Shown in pieces: positions 25,709 through 35,085 of a stretch of DNA of 64,000 nt. Numbering within the stretch: the first letter of the stretch is position 1; every line of letters starts with the position of its first letter. Below the pieces are notes generated by a model. It was given only the letters and a program-made list of their open reading frames with translations. It was not told the origin of the DNA and did no database searches. The translations under genes were made by a program, and so were the position numbers. Origin of the DNA: a virus; IMG/VR virus record IMGVR_UViG_3300036790_000419, positions 84,914 through 148,913 of that record, one strand, 5' to 3'.

Positions 25709-26137
25709 GTGGCTGAGTACTTCGCGGTCTACCTGGACGGCGCGGGCGGGGAGCTGGACCGCCTGGCGCGCGGCCCGGACGCCCGCACCATCGCCGCGAT
25801 GGAGGCGGCACTGCTGGAGGGCTACGCCATTACCGAGGGGCGCGTGCACGTCATCACCGGCGGCCTGCTGGAGTCCGGCCACCCGCAGTCGAGCTTCGAC
25901 AGGTACACCTGGTCCGGGGAGATCGACTTCGCGCGGGACCCCGGCATCTTCGAGCTGGCGCGCGGCGACGCCCCGACGGAGCACCACCCCGCGCCCGCGG
26001 GCCATTATTTCTTTGGCCCGGGCGGTCACGAGTTCGAGTCCGGCGTACGGCAGGCGTTCTGGGACTGGGTGACCGGCTACAAGGGCGGCAAGGCTCCCTC
26101 GGGCGGGCTGCCGTGGAAGTCCGGCGGCGACGATTAG
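25709..26137 (+). CDS. neck/tail-completion protein (HK97 gp10-like)
   Basis: Position; VHVITGGLLESG. Confidence 0.6.
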   Translation: MAEYFAVYLDGAGGELDRLARGPDARTIAAMEAALLEGYAITEGRVHVITGGLLESGHPQSSFDRYTWSGEIDFARDPGIFELARGDAPTEHHPAPAGHYFFGPGGHEFESGVRQAFWDWVTGYKGGKAPSGGLPWKSGGDD

Positions 26138-26144
26138 CGCCGGC

Positions 26145-26324
26145 ATGGACAGTGATTCGACCGCGCACGCCGAGATCCGCGAGCTGGTCAGCCTGGAGGA
26201 GGCGGACGCCTTCGTGCTCGGCTGGAAAGAGCGCGTCTTCTACGAGCTGGACCAGATGCGGAAGCAGATGCCCTACGCGGACACGCTTGAGCTGCGCCTG
26301 ACCAGCACGAGGCGGCCCGATTAA
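26145..26324 (+). CDS. 59-aa hypothetical protein
   Basis: MDSDSTAHAEIRELVSLEEA..; GC3-rich; below the ORF-track length cut-off. Confidence 0.6.
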   Translation: MDSDSTAHAEIRELVSLEEADAFVLGWKERVFYELDQMRKQMPYADTLELRLTSTRRPD

Positions 26325-26330
26325 CCCGGC

Positions 26331-26852
26331 GTGGACGACGTAGCGACCGGGAGCGTCAAGTACCTGACCGGGTTCAGCGACGTCACCTCGCTGCTCGGCT
26401 CCTACCCGCCGACCGACCCGCCCGGCTTCGCGAACAAGCCGTGGCTGTTCAGCGACATGAACCAGGGCGTGCTCAAGGTCATGGAGGGCACCTCGGCCGC
26501 GGCCATCGTGTGCGCCGACTTCGGCGGCTGGGAGGTGCCGGTGCCCGGCTCCAGTGCCCGGTACCGGCGGCTGCGCACGGACATCTGGATCGACCCGCAG
26601 CGCGACGCGGGCCAGAACGTGACGGAGTCCTCCTCCGTCACCGCCAACCGGGGCATGGCGGTGTTCAACGCGGTCCAGCGCCGCCTCCACCGGCTCGACC
26701 CTGACGCGGTGCTCTGGGGCGACCTGTGCACCGTGGGCTGCCAGCTGCTCACCGAGCCTGTCTTCCAGCCGGTGACCGACGGCGATTACCTGCTGCGCGG
26801 TACTGCCTACTTTGGGGTGGAGTACAGCGGCTGGACGGATGCGACCGAATAG
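26331..26852 (+). CDS. tail terminator (putative)
   Basis: Position and size; RLRTDIWID. Confidence 0.6.
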   Translation: MDDVATGSVKYLTGFSDVTSLLGSYPPTDPPGFANKPWLFSDMNQGVLKVMEGTSAAAIVCADFGGWEVPVPGSSARYRRLRTDIWIDPQRDAGQNVTESSSVTANRGMAVFNAVQRRLHRLDPDAVLWGDLCTVGCQLLTEPVFQPVTDGDYLLRGTAYFGVEYSGWTDATE

Positions 26853-26924
26853 TTACCCGCAGCCGCGTCATTACCGCCGGCGCGGCGCGTGAAGTCATCG
26901 CGAGCGTAAGGGGGAGAGCCTGAA

Positions 26925-28145
26925 GTGCCAGCTGACCGGCCGTTGAAGATCTTGATTAAGTCGCCGTTCTCTGAATACAGCGGCTACGGCCGGGACGGCT
27001 ACGGCCTCGCCCGCGCACTGCACCACTGGGGCTGCGACGTCTACCTGCAGCCGACCTGGCTGGACGTCCCGGTGCCGCGCGACCTGCTGCCACTGTTCGC
27101 CAAGGAGCTGCGTGCCCCGTTCGACCTGCTCATCAACCACTGGGACCCGTCGCACCTGTTCATCACCCCCGAGGCCCGCCAGTGCGCCCGGGTAGCGGTG
27201 GCCTGGACCATGTGGGAGTTCGCCGGCGGCCCCGGCAAGGGCGGCAAGGGCGTGTCCGGGCTGGTGCCGCACTGCGAGCAGCGGTCCAAGCTGCGCGCCT
27301 CGCTGCGCTGGTTCGACCTGGTGCTGGGCTACGACCAGGTGAGCCTGGACGCGCTGGAGCCTTACATTCCGGCGAGGGTGCACCGCGGCATCCTGCAGGG
27401 CGGCTACGACGCGGGCGAGTGGAAGCGGGCTGAGCGGGACTGGTTCAGCGAGCGGTTCGGCTTCATCATGCACGGCGCGCTCAACGACCGGAAGTGCCCG
27501 TGGACGGCGATCGAGGCGTTCCAGCAGCTGAAGTTCGAGAAAGGCGCGGACTTCGAGGGCGCGACGCTGGCGCTGCACACTAACGCCCCCGGCAAGCTGT
27601 TCCCCGAGTTGAACGAGCCGTTCAGGAACACCAAGATCCGGGTGTTCGTAGAGGCGTTCGACCGGCCCACGCTAGATGACTTCTACGCGGCCGGGCACTG
27701 CCTGCTCGCCCCGTCCCGCGGCGAGGGCAAGAACCTGCCGGCGCTGGAGTTCCAGACGACCGGCGGCGTGGTGGCGGCCACCAACTTCGGCGGTCACACG
27801 CAGTGGCTGAACGGCGACTACGCCTATCCGCTGGACTACGCCCTGACTCCCACTTTCCCGGATAAGCCCTGGGCTGCGCACGACGCCCGGGTGAGCGTGG
27901 GGCACCTGAAGGAGGTCATCTGGCACATCTACACCCACCGGGCCGAGGCCAGGGAGAAGGGGAACCTGGCCGCGCGGCTCATCCCGCAGATGTGCGACTG
28001 GTCAGTGGTCACGGAGAACCTGTTCCGGCGCATCGGCGACCAGGTGGCCGGCCCCGGGCCCGAGGTGGCTGCCCAGGCGTTCGCCTGCCGGCGCGAGCCT
28101 GAGCCGGGCCCGTCGGCCGCGCTGCCCGGCTGGCACCAGCCGTGA
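26925..28145 (+). CDS. GT-B (GT4-like) glycosyltransferase
   Basis: YSGYG; CLLAPSRGEGKNLPALEF..VAATNFGG. Confidence 0.85.
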   Translation: MPADRPLKILIKSPFSEYSGYGRDGYGLARALHHWGCDVYLQPTWLDVPVPRDLLPLFAKELRAPFDLLINHWDPSHLFITPEARQCARVAVAWTMWEFAGGPGKGGKGVSGLVPHCEQRSKLRASLRWFDLVLGYDQVSLDALEPYIPARVHRGILQGGYDAGEWKRAERDWFSERFGFIMHGALNDRKCPWTAIEAFQQLKFEKGADFEGATLALHTNAPGKLFPELNEPFRNTKIRVFVEAFDRPTLDDFYAAGHCLLAPSRGEGKNLPALEFQTTGGVVAATNFGGHTQWLNGDYAYPLDYALTPTFPDKPWAAHDARVSVGHLKEVIWHIYTHRAEAREKGNLAARLIPQMCDWSVVTENLFRRIGDQVAGPGPEVAAQAFACRREPEPGPSAALPGWHQP

Positions 28146-28405
28146 CCGTGGAAGAGGTCGAGATCCGCTGCCCGGTGCCGCAGCCGCTTCCCGGGGGAGA
28201 GTGCAAACCGGGGAAGCTGCTGATGAAGCTGCTGGTATCCGGCCGGCCGCCCTCGTTCGTGCACCCCGACAACCTCATCGAGCTGGCCTGCGACGACTGC
28301 CGGGCGCAACTGCGCAGGCGGGGGGTCCGCGTGAGGCGCGTGCTGCACCGGTTTGACCTCAGCGGCTCGCTGGTTGAGACACTGACTGACGGCCAGGTGA
28401 TATAG
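28142..28405 (+). CDS. Mu Com-like Zn-ribbon protein
   Basis: IRCP..CKPGKLL..IELACDDC. Confidence 0.55.
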   Translation: MTVEEVEIRCPVPQPLPGGECKPGKLLMKLLVSGRPPSFVHPDNLIELACDDCRAQLRRRGVRVRRVLHRFDLSGSLVETLTDGQVI

Positions 28406-28429
28406 CGGTAACCTCGCCGCGGAGGCGAT

Positions 28430-28900
28430 TTGATGAACAGGAGCGCGCGCGGGCTGCGGGTCATCCCGACCGAGGCCGCTGAGCTGGCCAGCCACATGGC
28501 GGCGATCGAGGACCACGAGGTGGAGTGCCGCGCCGGGCACCACGGCTTCGAGCTGGACACCTGGAAGATCAGCGACCCGCTGCCTGCCTCGGTGTACGCC
28601 CGCCCGGCCAAGGACGGCTGCTACGAGCTGGTCAGCCCCTGCGACAACTGCGGGGCGAAGCTCATCATCACCACCGGCCCGGGCGGCAGCCTGGACGGCG
28701 CGCTGCCGCGCCGCATCGACTACGACGGAACCTGGTACCACCTGCCCTCGCACCTGCCCCGGGGCAAGCGGGCGTTCCGGCGCGAGAAGTTCAAGCGGGG
28801 CCAGCCCAAGATCCAGGCCCGCATCCGCTCAGCCGCGCTGACAGAGGAGGCCGGGGCGTACAGGCCCGTGCCGGCGGTCACGTTCCGGGGTACCCGCTAG
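28430..28900 (+). CDS. Zn-binding hypothetical protein
   Basis: ECRAGHH..CDNCG; SD GGAGG. Confidence 0.65.
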   Translation: MMNRSARGLRVIPTEAAELASHMAAIEDHEVECRAGHHGFELDTWKISDPLPASVYARPAKDGCYELVSPCDNCGAKLIITTGPGGSLDGALPRRIDYDGTWYHLPSHLPRGKRAFRREKFKRGQPKIQARIRSAALTEEAGAYRPVPAVTFRGTR

Positions 28901-29164
28901 TTGGGCGGGATGAAGTTCACCCCGGCCGGGGTACACCGCGAGCCCCAGGGCGTGAAGCGGCCGGCTGAGTGGTACGTCGTCTGGCTGGGCCGGCCGCACG
29001 CCGAGGGCAGCGTCATCATCGGCCGGACCAGGCGGCTGCGGCGGCACCTGTGGCACCGCTGCTTCCCTGAGTCGGGCGGCGCGTGCCGCGACGTCAAGGG
29101 CCACACGGCGGGCGTCGAGTGGCTGCTGGAGATGTACCGGGCGGCCGTCCCGGCGCCCGATTAA
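28901..29164 (+). CDS. hypothetical protein
   Basis: GC3-rich ORF. Confidence 0.5.
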   Translation: MGGMKFTPAGVHREPQGVKRPAEWYVVWLGRPHAEGSVIIGRTRRLRRHLWHRCFPESGGACRDVKGHTAGVEWLLEMYRAAVPAPD

Positions 29165-29170
29165 GCGGGC

Positions 29171-29755
29171 GTGCACCGTGCTCCCCCCGCTGGCTGGCCC
29201 GCTCCTGTCGTGATGGCTCAGCCGCGGCCCGGGGACTTCTGCTGCGTTCCCGTCAGCGGCCCGGTCGGCTTCAGCATCACCGTCGGGCAGTGGCTGGACG
29301 GCGACGCCTTCCAGTTCTACGACCACGCCGAGGTCTACGTGGGCAGGGCCGACAAGGCGGGCCCGTACGGCTACACGGTCAGCACCTACCCCAGCGGGGG
29401 CGGCAAGCGCGCGCTGCCCTGCCCGCCGGCGAGGCTGCCGGGCTCCCTGTGGTCCAGCGGCCTGATCGACCTCACCGGCACCCAGCGGGTCGGCATCACC
29501 GGGTGGGCGCTCGCGCACCAGGGCACCGGTTACTCGTTCGCCGACTACGGCGCGCTGTTCCTGCGCATGATGCGCGTGCCGGCCCCGGGCCTGCGCGAGT
29601 ACATCGCGAGCACGAGGCACCAGATCTGCTCGCAGTACACCGACGCGGCCTACCTGGCCAACGGCGTGCACCTGTTCGACGACGGGCGCTGGGAGGGCTA
29701 TGTAAAGCCAGGTGACCTGGCACGGGTGCTGCAGGCCCGGATCCGGGTCGTCTAG
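29171..29755 (+). CDS. permuted papain-like NlpC/P60 amidase (YaeF/YiiX-like)
   Basis: PGD..DHAEVY..GYSF..ICSQY..KPGDL (His precedes Cys). Confidence 0.75.
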   Translation: MHRAPPAGWPAPVVMAQPRPGDFCCVPVSGPVGFSITVGQWLDGDAFQFYDHAEVYVGRADKAGPYGYTVSTYPSGGGKRALPCPPARLPGSLWSSGLIDLTGTQRVGITGWALAHQGTGYSFADYGALFLRMMRVPAPGLREYIASTRHQICSQYTDAAYLANGVHLFDDGRWEGYVKPGDLARVLQARIRVV

Positions 29756-29913
29756 CGGTTCCCCTGCGGCCTTCGTGATCTTGGTGTTACCGTCACCTGG
29801 TCCGCACCTGACCGCCAGCATGCCCGGTGGCCGGGCGCCCCGCGCCCCCCTGACCCCGGGGTGCCCGCCGGAGGGAGCCGGCACGGCGCTCACCGCCTGG
29901 CCGGGAGACACCT

Positions 29914-30594
29914 ATGCACGCACGCCTAGCGTCCCTTCTTCCGCCTGTCGCCTTGTCCGTCGCCGTCGCCGCGGCAGCACCCCTGGTCCCGCACCAGGCC
30001 GCAGTCGTCCCGGAGCCCGCCGTTGACGAGGCTCACGTTCAGCACGCCACCCTGGCCGTTCCCGCCGCGCACGTGCGCCGGGCGGCCCCGGGCACCTATA
30101 CCGTCCGTGCCGGCGACACCCTGTCCGCCATCGCCGGCAGCCTCTGCGGCGACCCGGGCGACTACCTTGCCCTGGCCTACAACAACCAGGTCGCCAACCC
30201 TGACCTCATCTACGCCGGGCAGGTGTTCAGGGCGGCCTGCCAGGCTGCCGCGCAGGCCGTCGCCGGCCGGTACGCCCTGCCGCCTAGTTCGCCGCCCGCG
30301 CGCCGTTACACGGCCCCCGCCGCGCGGGCGACGGAGACCCTCGGGGCAGGCACCTACCACGGTGACAGCGGCATGCAGGCGTGCATCATCGCCCGCGAGT
30401 CCGGCGGTAACAGCCAGGTGACGAACTCATCGGGCCACTACGGCCTTTACCAGTTCAGCGAGCAGACCTGGGCCGCGCACGGCGGCAACCCAGCCGACTT
30501 CGGTCACGCTTCTATCGCGGAGCAGAACCAGGTGTACGCGCAGACAGTGCATGACGACGGGTACTCAGACTGGAGCCAGTACGACGGCTGCTAG
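29914..30594 (+). CDS. secreted LysM plus Rpf-like lytic transglycosylase
   Basis: Signal peptide; YTVRAGDTLSAIA LysM; CIIARESGGN..YGLYQFSEQTW..EQ. Confidence 0.85.
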   Translation: MHARLASLLPPVALSVAVAAAAPLVPHQAAVVPEPAVDEAHVQHATLAVPAAHVRRAAPGTYTVRAGDTLSAIAGSLCGDPGDYLALAYNNQVANPDLIYAGQVFRAACQAAAQAVAGRYALPPSSPPARRYTAPAARATETLGAGTYHGDSGMQACIIARESGGNSQVTNSSGHYGLYQFSEQTWAAHGGNPADFGHASIAEQNQVYAQTVHDDGYSDWSQYDGC

Positions 30595-30667
30595 CCGGCC
30601 TTTTCCTGACCCGATTAAGAGGGCGTCCCGGACTTCCCGGGACGCCCTTCGTCGTGCAGGAGGCGGC

Positions 30668-31465
30668 ATGCCGCGGCAGGCAGGCAAGTACGGACGTCTC
30701 CGGCCCGACCCGGGCCGGCCCAGGCTGATCCTGGAGAAGTACCTGGACCCGCGGGCCCCGCTGCAGCTGGCCGGCCTGCCCGCGGTCCCGCTGACCGAGG
30801 ACGTGGACCGGGCCAGCGAGGTGACCAGCTGGCCCATGTACCTGAACGACCAGCTCGGGGACTGCACCATCGCCGCCGTCGGGCACATGTACGGCGCCTG
30901 GACCCGCTACGCGGGCCGCACCGAGGCGCTGTTCGCCGACGGCCAGGTGCAGTCGGTGTACTCGCGGGTCGGCGGCTACGTGCCCGGCCAGCCCGACACC
31001 GACCAGGGATGCGTCATGCAGGACGTGCTGGCCGACCAGAAGTCCGTCGGCATGACCGACGCCGACGGCCGGGTGCACAAGGTCGCGGGCTACGCGGCGC
31101 TGGGCAACCCGCACGACGCCATGCTGCTCGGCCAGGTGCTGGAGGTGTTCGGCTCGGTCTACGTCGGCATCGAGGTCCAGCAGGAGATGGAGACCGAGTT
31201 CGCGCAGGGCAAGCCCTGGAGCTGGAAGGCCGGCTCGGAGGTCATCGGCGGGCACGCGATCTGCCTGCAGCGCCGCCTGGGCAAGGGCGCCGCCCCGTAC
31301 GAGTACGTCACCTGGGGCGCGCTGCAGCCGGCCACCAAGAAGTTCCAGGCCGACGCCGTCGAGGAGGCCTGGGCGGTGGTCACCGAGGACTGGCTGAACG
31401 ACCAGAGCGTCACCGCCGAGGGCCTGGACCTGGACCAGCTGCTCGCCGACATGAGGCACGTCTGA
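30668..31465 (+). CDS. papain-like cysteine peptidase
   Basis: NDQLGDCTIAAVGH..GGHAI..VTWG; SD AGGAGG. Confidence 0.7.
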   Translation: MPRQAGKYGRLRPDPGRPRLILEKYLDPRAPLQLAGLPAVPLTEDVDRASEVTSWPMYLNDQLGDCTIAAVGHMYGAWTRYAGRTEALFADGQVQSVYSRVGGYVPGQPDTDQGCVMQDVLADQKSVGMTDADGRVHKVAGYAALGNPHDAMLLGQVLEVFGSVYVGIEVQQEMETEFAQGKPWSWKAGSEVIGGHAICLQRRLGKGAAPYEYVTWGALQPATKKFQADAVEEAWAVVTEDWLNDQSVTAEGLDLDQLLADMRHV

Positions 31466-31468
31466 GCC

Positions 31469-31999
31469 GTGAACGGGGCCGCGCTCGCCCTGGTCCTGAG
31501 CGTCGCGGGGGCATTCCTCGGCGGCGTCGGGACCTTCCTGGGCTACCTGTACGCGCGCTCGCGCAACGCCCGGGACGACGTGAAGGCGGAGACCCGGGCG
31601 CAGGCGGAGGCCAAGGCCGAGCGCGAGGTCACGCACGCCCTCGCGCAGTCAGCCCACGACCTGGCCACCTCGGCGAGGGCGGAGACCCGCGGGCTGCGCT
31701 CGGAGATGACCGCGCAGGACTCCCGGGTCTCCATCCTCGAATCGAAGATGGAGGTCTTCTGGCGGAATGTGGCATTCGACGTGAGCAAGATCCTGCACAG
31801 CCCGCACCCCGGGTGGGAGAACCTGGACGCACTGCTGGAGAAATTCCGGGACGAGGCCATCACGGCCACGGAGATGGCTGACCTGGAAACCCAGCTGCGG
31901 GACATGGTGGAAGGCCGGTGGACCCCGGCCGAGGTGACGCGCGCGGACCAGGTGGCGGCCTCGCTGCTGCTGCGCGCGATCGAGCAGACGAGGGTGTGA
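31469..31999 (+). CDS. membrane-anchored coiled-coil protein (lysis-associated?)
   Basis: N-terminal TM then coiled coil. Confidence 0.65.
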   Translation: MNGAALALVLSVAGAFLGGVGTFLGYLYARSRNARDDVKAETRAQAEAKAEREVTHALAQSAHDLATSARAETRGLRSEMTAQDSRVSILESKMEVFWRNVAFDVSKILHSPHPGWENLDALLEKFRDEAITATEMADLETQLRDMVEGRWTPAEVTRADQVAASLLLRAIEQTRV

Positions 32000-32002
32000 A
32001 GG

Positions 32003-32365
32003 ATGTCGGAGGCTGCCTCGCACAACCTGCAGCGGACCGTTGACGAGATCACCGGGTACCGCAAGCGCACCCGGAAGCTGGTCATCGGGCTCATCGCCGT
32101 CACGGTCGTCGCTGTCGTGCTGGCCGTGGCGGCGGTCTACCTCTACATCCGCCAGCACGACAGCAACGTGGGCAACTGCGTGGCGGGCAACCAGACCCGG
32201 ATCCAGCAGGAGCAGCTGTGGAACACGCTGTTCACCCTGGCGTCCAAGAACACCAGCGGCACGCCGCCGACCGCCAAGACGGTGCAACTGACAAAAGAGT
32301 TCCTGGGCGACGTGAAGAAGACTTACGCGCCGGTGGACTGCGGCGCGCGCTACCCGTTCTGGTGA
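32003..32365 (+). CDS. membrane protein (lysis-associated?)
   Basis: One TM, two Cys. Confidence 0.65.
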   Translation: MSEAASHNLQRTVDEITGYRKRTRKLVIGLIAVTVVAVVLAVAAVYLYIRQHDSNVGNCVAGNQTRIQQEQLWNTLFTLASKNTSGTPPTAKTVQLTKEFLGDVKKTYAPVDCGARYPFW

Positions 32366-32425
32366 GCTTCCGGCCTCGCCGATTAGACGTGCGAAGACCA
32401 CGGGCTACCGGGAGGTCGCGCGACC

Positions 32426-33088
32426 ATGCCTACCGCCAGCAACACTTTCGCGGGCACGCCGTTTGAGGGTTTCTCCCTCTCGCACGCGGCCATCCTCAAC
32501 GGCAGCACCGGCGCTGAGGGCGCGACCGTTTACGGTGTCCGCAACGGCACCATCAGCACGGACCAGGGCAACTTTGAGAACACTGGTGACGACGTAGTTC
32601 TCAGTGAACATTTTTGGATCAACTTTGCGAATGTGACCATTGAGGAGGGCTACATCCCCTTCTCGACGATCGCGTACATCACCGGCACGCAGGTCACCAG
32701 CTCGGGCGCGGCGGGCGCGGACTACTACGCCATCCCGCTGTGGACCCTGGCCTCCATGAACCAGGTCACCCAGCCGCTGGCCATCCGCGTGCCGTCCAAG
32801 GACGCCGGCGGACAGATCCGGACGCTGGACTTCATCCTGTACCGCGTGCAGTTCCAGCCGTTCAACTTCACGGGCCCCAGTTACAAAACTGGCCTGAGCT
32901 GCAGCATCGCGGGCCGCGCGCTGTTCTCCACCGTCAACGAGATCGGCACCGCGCTGCCCTCCGCCTACGGTGGCACCTCCGGCTCGGCCGGCAACGCCAT
33001 CGGCCGCCTGGTGTCCCTGCCCGGCACCGAGACCGGCGCGTTCGTACCCGAGCCGTTCCAGAGCACTGGCTCCGGGGGCATTGTCTAG
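32426..33088 (+). CDS. major tail protein
   Basis: Size, SD GGAGG, position before chaperones and tape measure. Confidence 0.75.
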   Translation: MPTASNTFAGTPFEGFSLSHAAILNGSTGAEGATVYGVRNGTISTDQGNFENTGDDVVLSEHFWINFANVTIEEGYIPFSTIAYITGTQVTSSGAAGADYYAIPLWTLASMNQVTQPLAIRVPSKDAGGQIRTLDFILYRVQFQPFNFTGPSYKTGLSCSIAGRALFSTVNEIGTALPSAYGGTSGSAGNAIGRLVSLPGTETGAFVPEPFQSTGSGGIV

Positions 33089-33089
33089 C

Positions 33090-33758
33090 GTGGGCCATGA
33101 CATCGTGGTGTCTTCGCTGGACGCCAATAAGGGCTACGCTCCGTATCCGGATACGCTCAGTACTTTTTCCACGGCTTCCGTGTCTGCTGATGCAGGAGAC
33201 CTCCTGATCTTTTGGATAGCTTCGACGTCAGGCGGCGGTAACTCGTCCAGTATCTCGGGTATTTCCGGGCTGACCTGGGAGAAGCAGGCTGCGCGGTCGT
33301 CTGATCCTGGGGGCCAGAGCCTTCTAGAATGCTGGACCGCCGCTGTCCCTTCTGGTGGTGTGTCCGGGTCGTTGACCGTGGAGTTCGCTGTCGGGACGAG
33401 CCAGTACAACTACGACCTGGATGTGGCCGAGCATGTGTGTTACCTCGTACCCGTAGTCGCCGGTAACGTCCAGACGGCTAGCGAAAACGGGAATCCCTCT
33501 TCGCTTACGTTCGACACTGCCGCAGACGTCGAGAACTTGTTCCTGTTCGGTTGCATGATCGAGTCCAACTCCGGTCAGACGCCTGAAGAGAGCCCGGCCT
33601 GGTCTGTTGTGGCCGATGTTTACCAAGTAGGTTCTTACACTCTTGGGCTGGAGACACAATTGTCGCCGGATGCCACTGATACCACGGCGTCTTCTTCGTG
33701 GTCTACGAATCCGGGCGACCGATGGGCCGGCATCGGCCTTGAGCTGGCGGCATGCTGA
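33090..33758 (+). CDS. beta-sandwich protein with atypical (lower GC) composition
   Basis: AGDLLIFWIA..LTWEK; start uncertain. Confidence 0.6.
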   Translation: MGHDIVVSSLDANKGYAPYPDTLSTFSTASVSADAGDLLIFWIASTSGGGNSSSISGISGLTWEKQAARSSDPGGQSLLECWTAAVPSGGVSGSLTVEFAVGTSQYNYDLDVAEHVCYLVPVVAGNVQTASENGNPSSLTFDTAADVENLFLFGCMIESNSGQTPEESPAWSVVADVYQVGSYTLGLETQLSPDATDTTASSSWSTNPGDRWAGIGLELAAC

Positions 33759-33785
33759 ATGCGTGCAGATAGGGCGGGGCTGTAA

Positions 33786-34016
33786 GTGGCGGGCAAGCAC
33801 CGCAAGAAGACCCGTGATGAGGTAGCAGCGGACGACCTTCTGGAAGTTGAGCCTCAGCCGGGCATCGCAGCCATGGCCCAAGGGTTGCCGGAGGCCGGGG
33901 TTAGCCCGGCTGAGGAGTCACCAGAGCAGCCGGACAACCTGGCCACCGGCGGCGAGGCCCTGGAAGAGCAGCAGCAGAACCCGGACCTGGACGACACCTC
34001 CGGGGCGCACCCGTAG
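33786..34016 (+). CDS. acidic hypothetical protein
   Basis: ORF. Confidence 0.5.
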   Translation: MAGKHRKKTRDEVAADDLLEVEPQPGIAAMAQGLPEAGVSPAEESPEQPDNLATGGEALEEQQQNPDLDDTSGAHP

Positions 34017-34066
34017 CCTGCGCCGATTGTCCCGGCATCTGATCCCGAGAGGCCCAGGAGGCCCGC

Positions 34067-34678
34067 ATGCCGGATGACAGCGAATTGGATCGTATCGATC
34101 CACAGCCGGAGACCTGCAAGCTGTCGACCGGCTTCGAGGTCGACATCGTGCGGATGCGCACCCGCCAGTTCTTCCGCCTGCTGCGCGTGCTCACCCACGG
34201 GGCCGGCCCGGCGCTCACCCAGGCCGGGCTCGACTTCTCGGCCGGGGCGGAAGAGTTCGGCCAGAAGCTGCTGATGCTGGTGGTCATGTCCATCCCCGAC
34301 GCCGAGCAGGAGGCGATCGGCTTCCTCGCCTCCATGTGCCGTCCGGCGGGGGTCGTGGACAAGCCGGCCAGCCAGCTCACCAAGCAGGAGAACGAGGCCA
34401 ACCAGGTCCTGTGGGACCGGTACGGCACCGAGCTGCACAACCCGGACCTGGAAGACACCCTTGACCTGATTGAGGTCATCGTCCGCCAGGAGGCCCCGGA
34501 GCTGCAGGCCCTGGGAAAAAAGCTGCAGCGGACACTGGAGGTGTTCCGCAAGACGGGCCAGGACAAGCAGCCGCCGGAGCCGGAGCCGGGCCCGCAGGAG
34601 ATCAACTTGCCGGCGCGTTCGCGGCGGCGTTCGACGGCCTCAGCCATGAGTACGGATGGACCGACGAGTACGTCCTAG
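34067..34678 (+). CDS. tail assembly chaperone (gpG-like)
   Basis: Position; slippery G-GGA-AAA at 34513-34519. Confidence 0.8.
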   Translation: MPDDSELDRIDPQPETCKLSTGFEVDIVRMRTRQFFRLLRVLTHGAGPALTQAGLDFSAGAEEFGQKLLMLVVMSIPDAEQEAIGFLASMCRPAGVVDKPASQLTKQENEANQVLWDRYGTELHNPDLEDTLDLIEVIVRQEAPELQALGKKLQRTLEVFRKTGQDKQPPEPEPGPQEINLPARSRRRSTASAMSTDGPTSTS

Positions 34679-35076
34679 ACCTCCCGGTCTGCCGGCTGAG
34701 GCAGTGCCTGGAGGCCGCGGGGGCGCGACGCCGGCGGGAGCAGCTGGCACGGCTGCGGCTGGCCGAGTGGCAGGTGAAGACAGTGTGCCAGTTCATCGGC
34801 GCGCAGGCCGCGATCGACACGTCCAAGACCGGCGGGCGCAACCCGCTGGTGGAGATGGCCGCCTCCATTGACATCTTCGGCGACAAGTCGCCCGAGGAGC
34901 AGGAGCTGGACCGCATCCGCGGCCCGAAGGTCGCTGACTCGGTCGAAGACGACCCGCGGTTCGGCAAGGTGGCCGCTGACCCGGATGCCGGGATCGAGGC
35001 CAGCAACTCGGCCGGCTCGTACGAGGCGTTCATGACGCTCATGGGCGGCCCGCCGCCTGTCCCGGGAAGGGGGTGA
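34513..35076 (+). CDS. -1 frameshift extension of the tail chaperone (gpGT)
   Basis: -1 frame open from the slippery site to 35076: HEYGWTDEYVLDLPVCRLRQ. Confidence 0.8.
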   Translation, partial: GKKAAADTGGVPQDGPGQAAAGAGAGPAGDQLAGAFAAAFDGLSHEYGWTDEYVLDLPVCRLRQCLEAAGARRRREQLARLRLAEWQVKTVCQFIGAQAAIDTSKTGGRNPLVEMAASIDIFGDKSPEEQELDRIRGPKVADSVEDDPRFGKVAADPDAGIEASNSAGSYEAFMTLMGGPPPVPGRG

Positions 35077-35085
35077 CGCCCCGCC

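Noticed and set aside
29756-29913. c-di-AMP (ydaO) riboswitch upstream of the Rpf-like gene
   Set aside because: The leader is GC-rich and foldable, but I could not see the conserved ydaO motifs.
34513-34519. Tail chaperone -1 frameshift as a novelty
   Set aside because: Well supported, but a standard feature of long-tailed phages; listed as a feature only.
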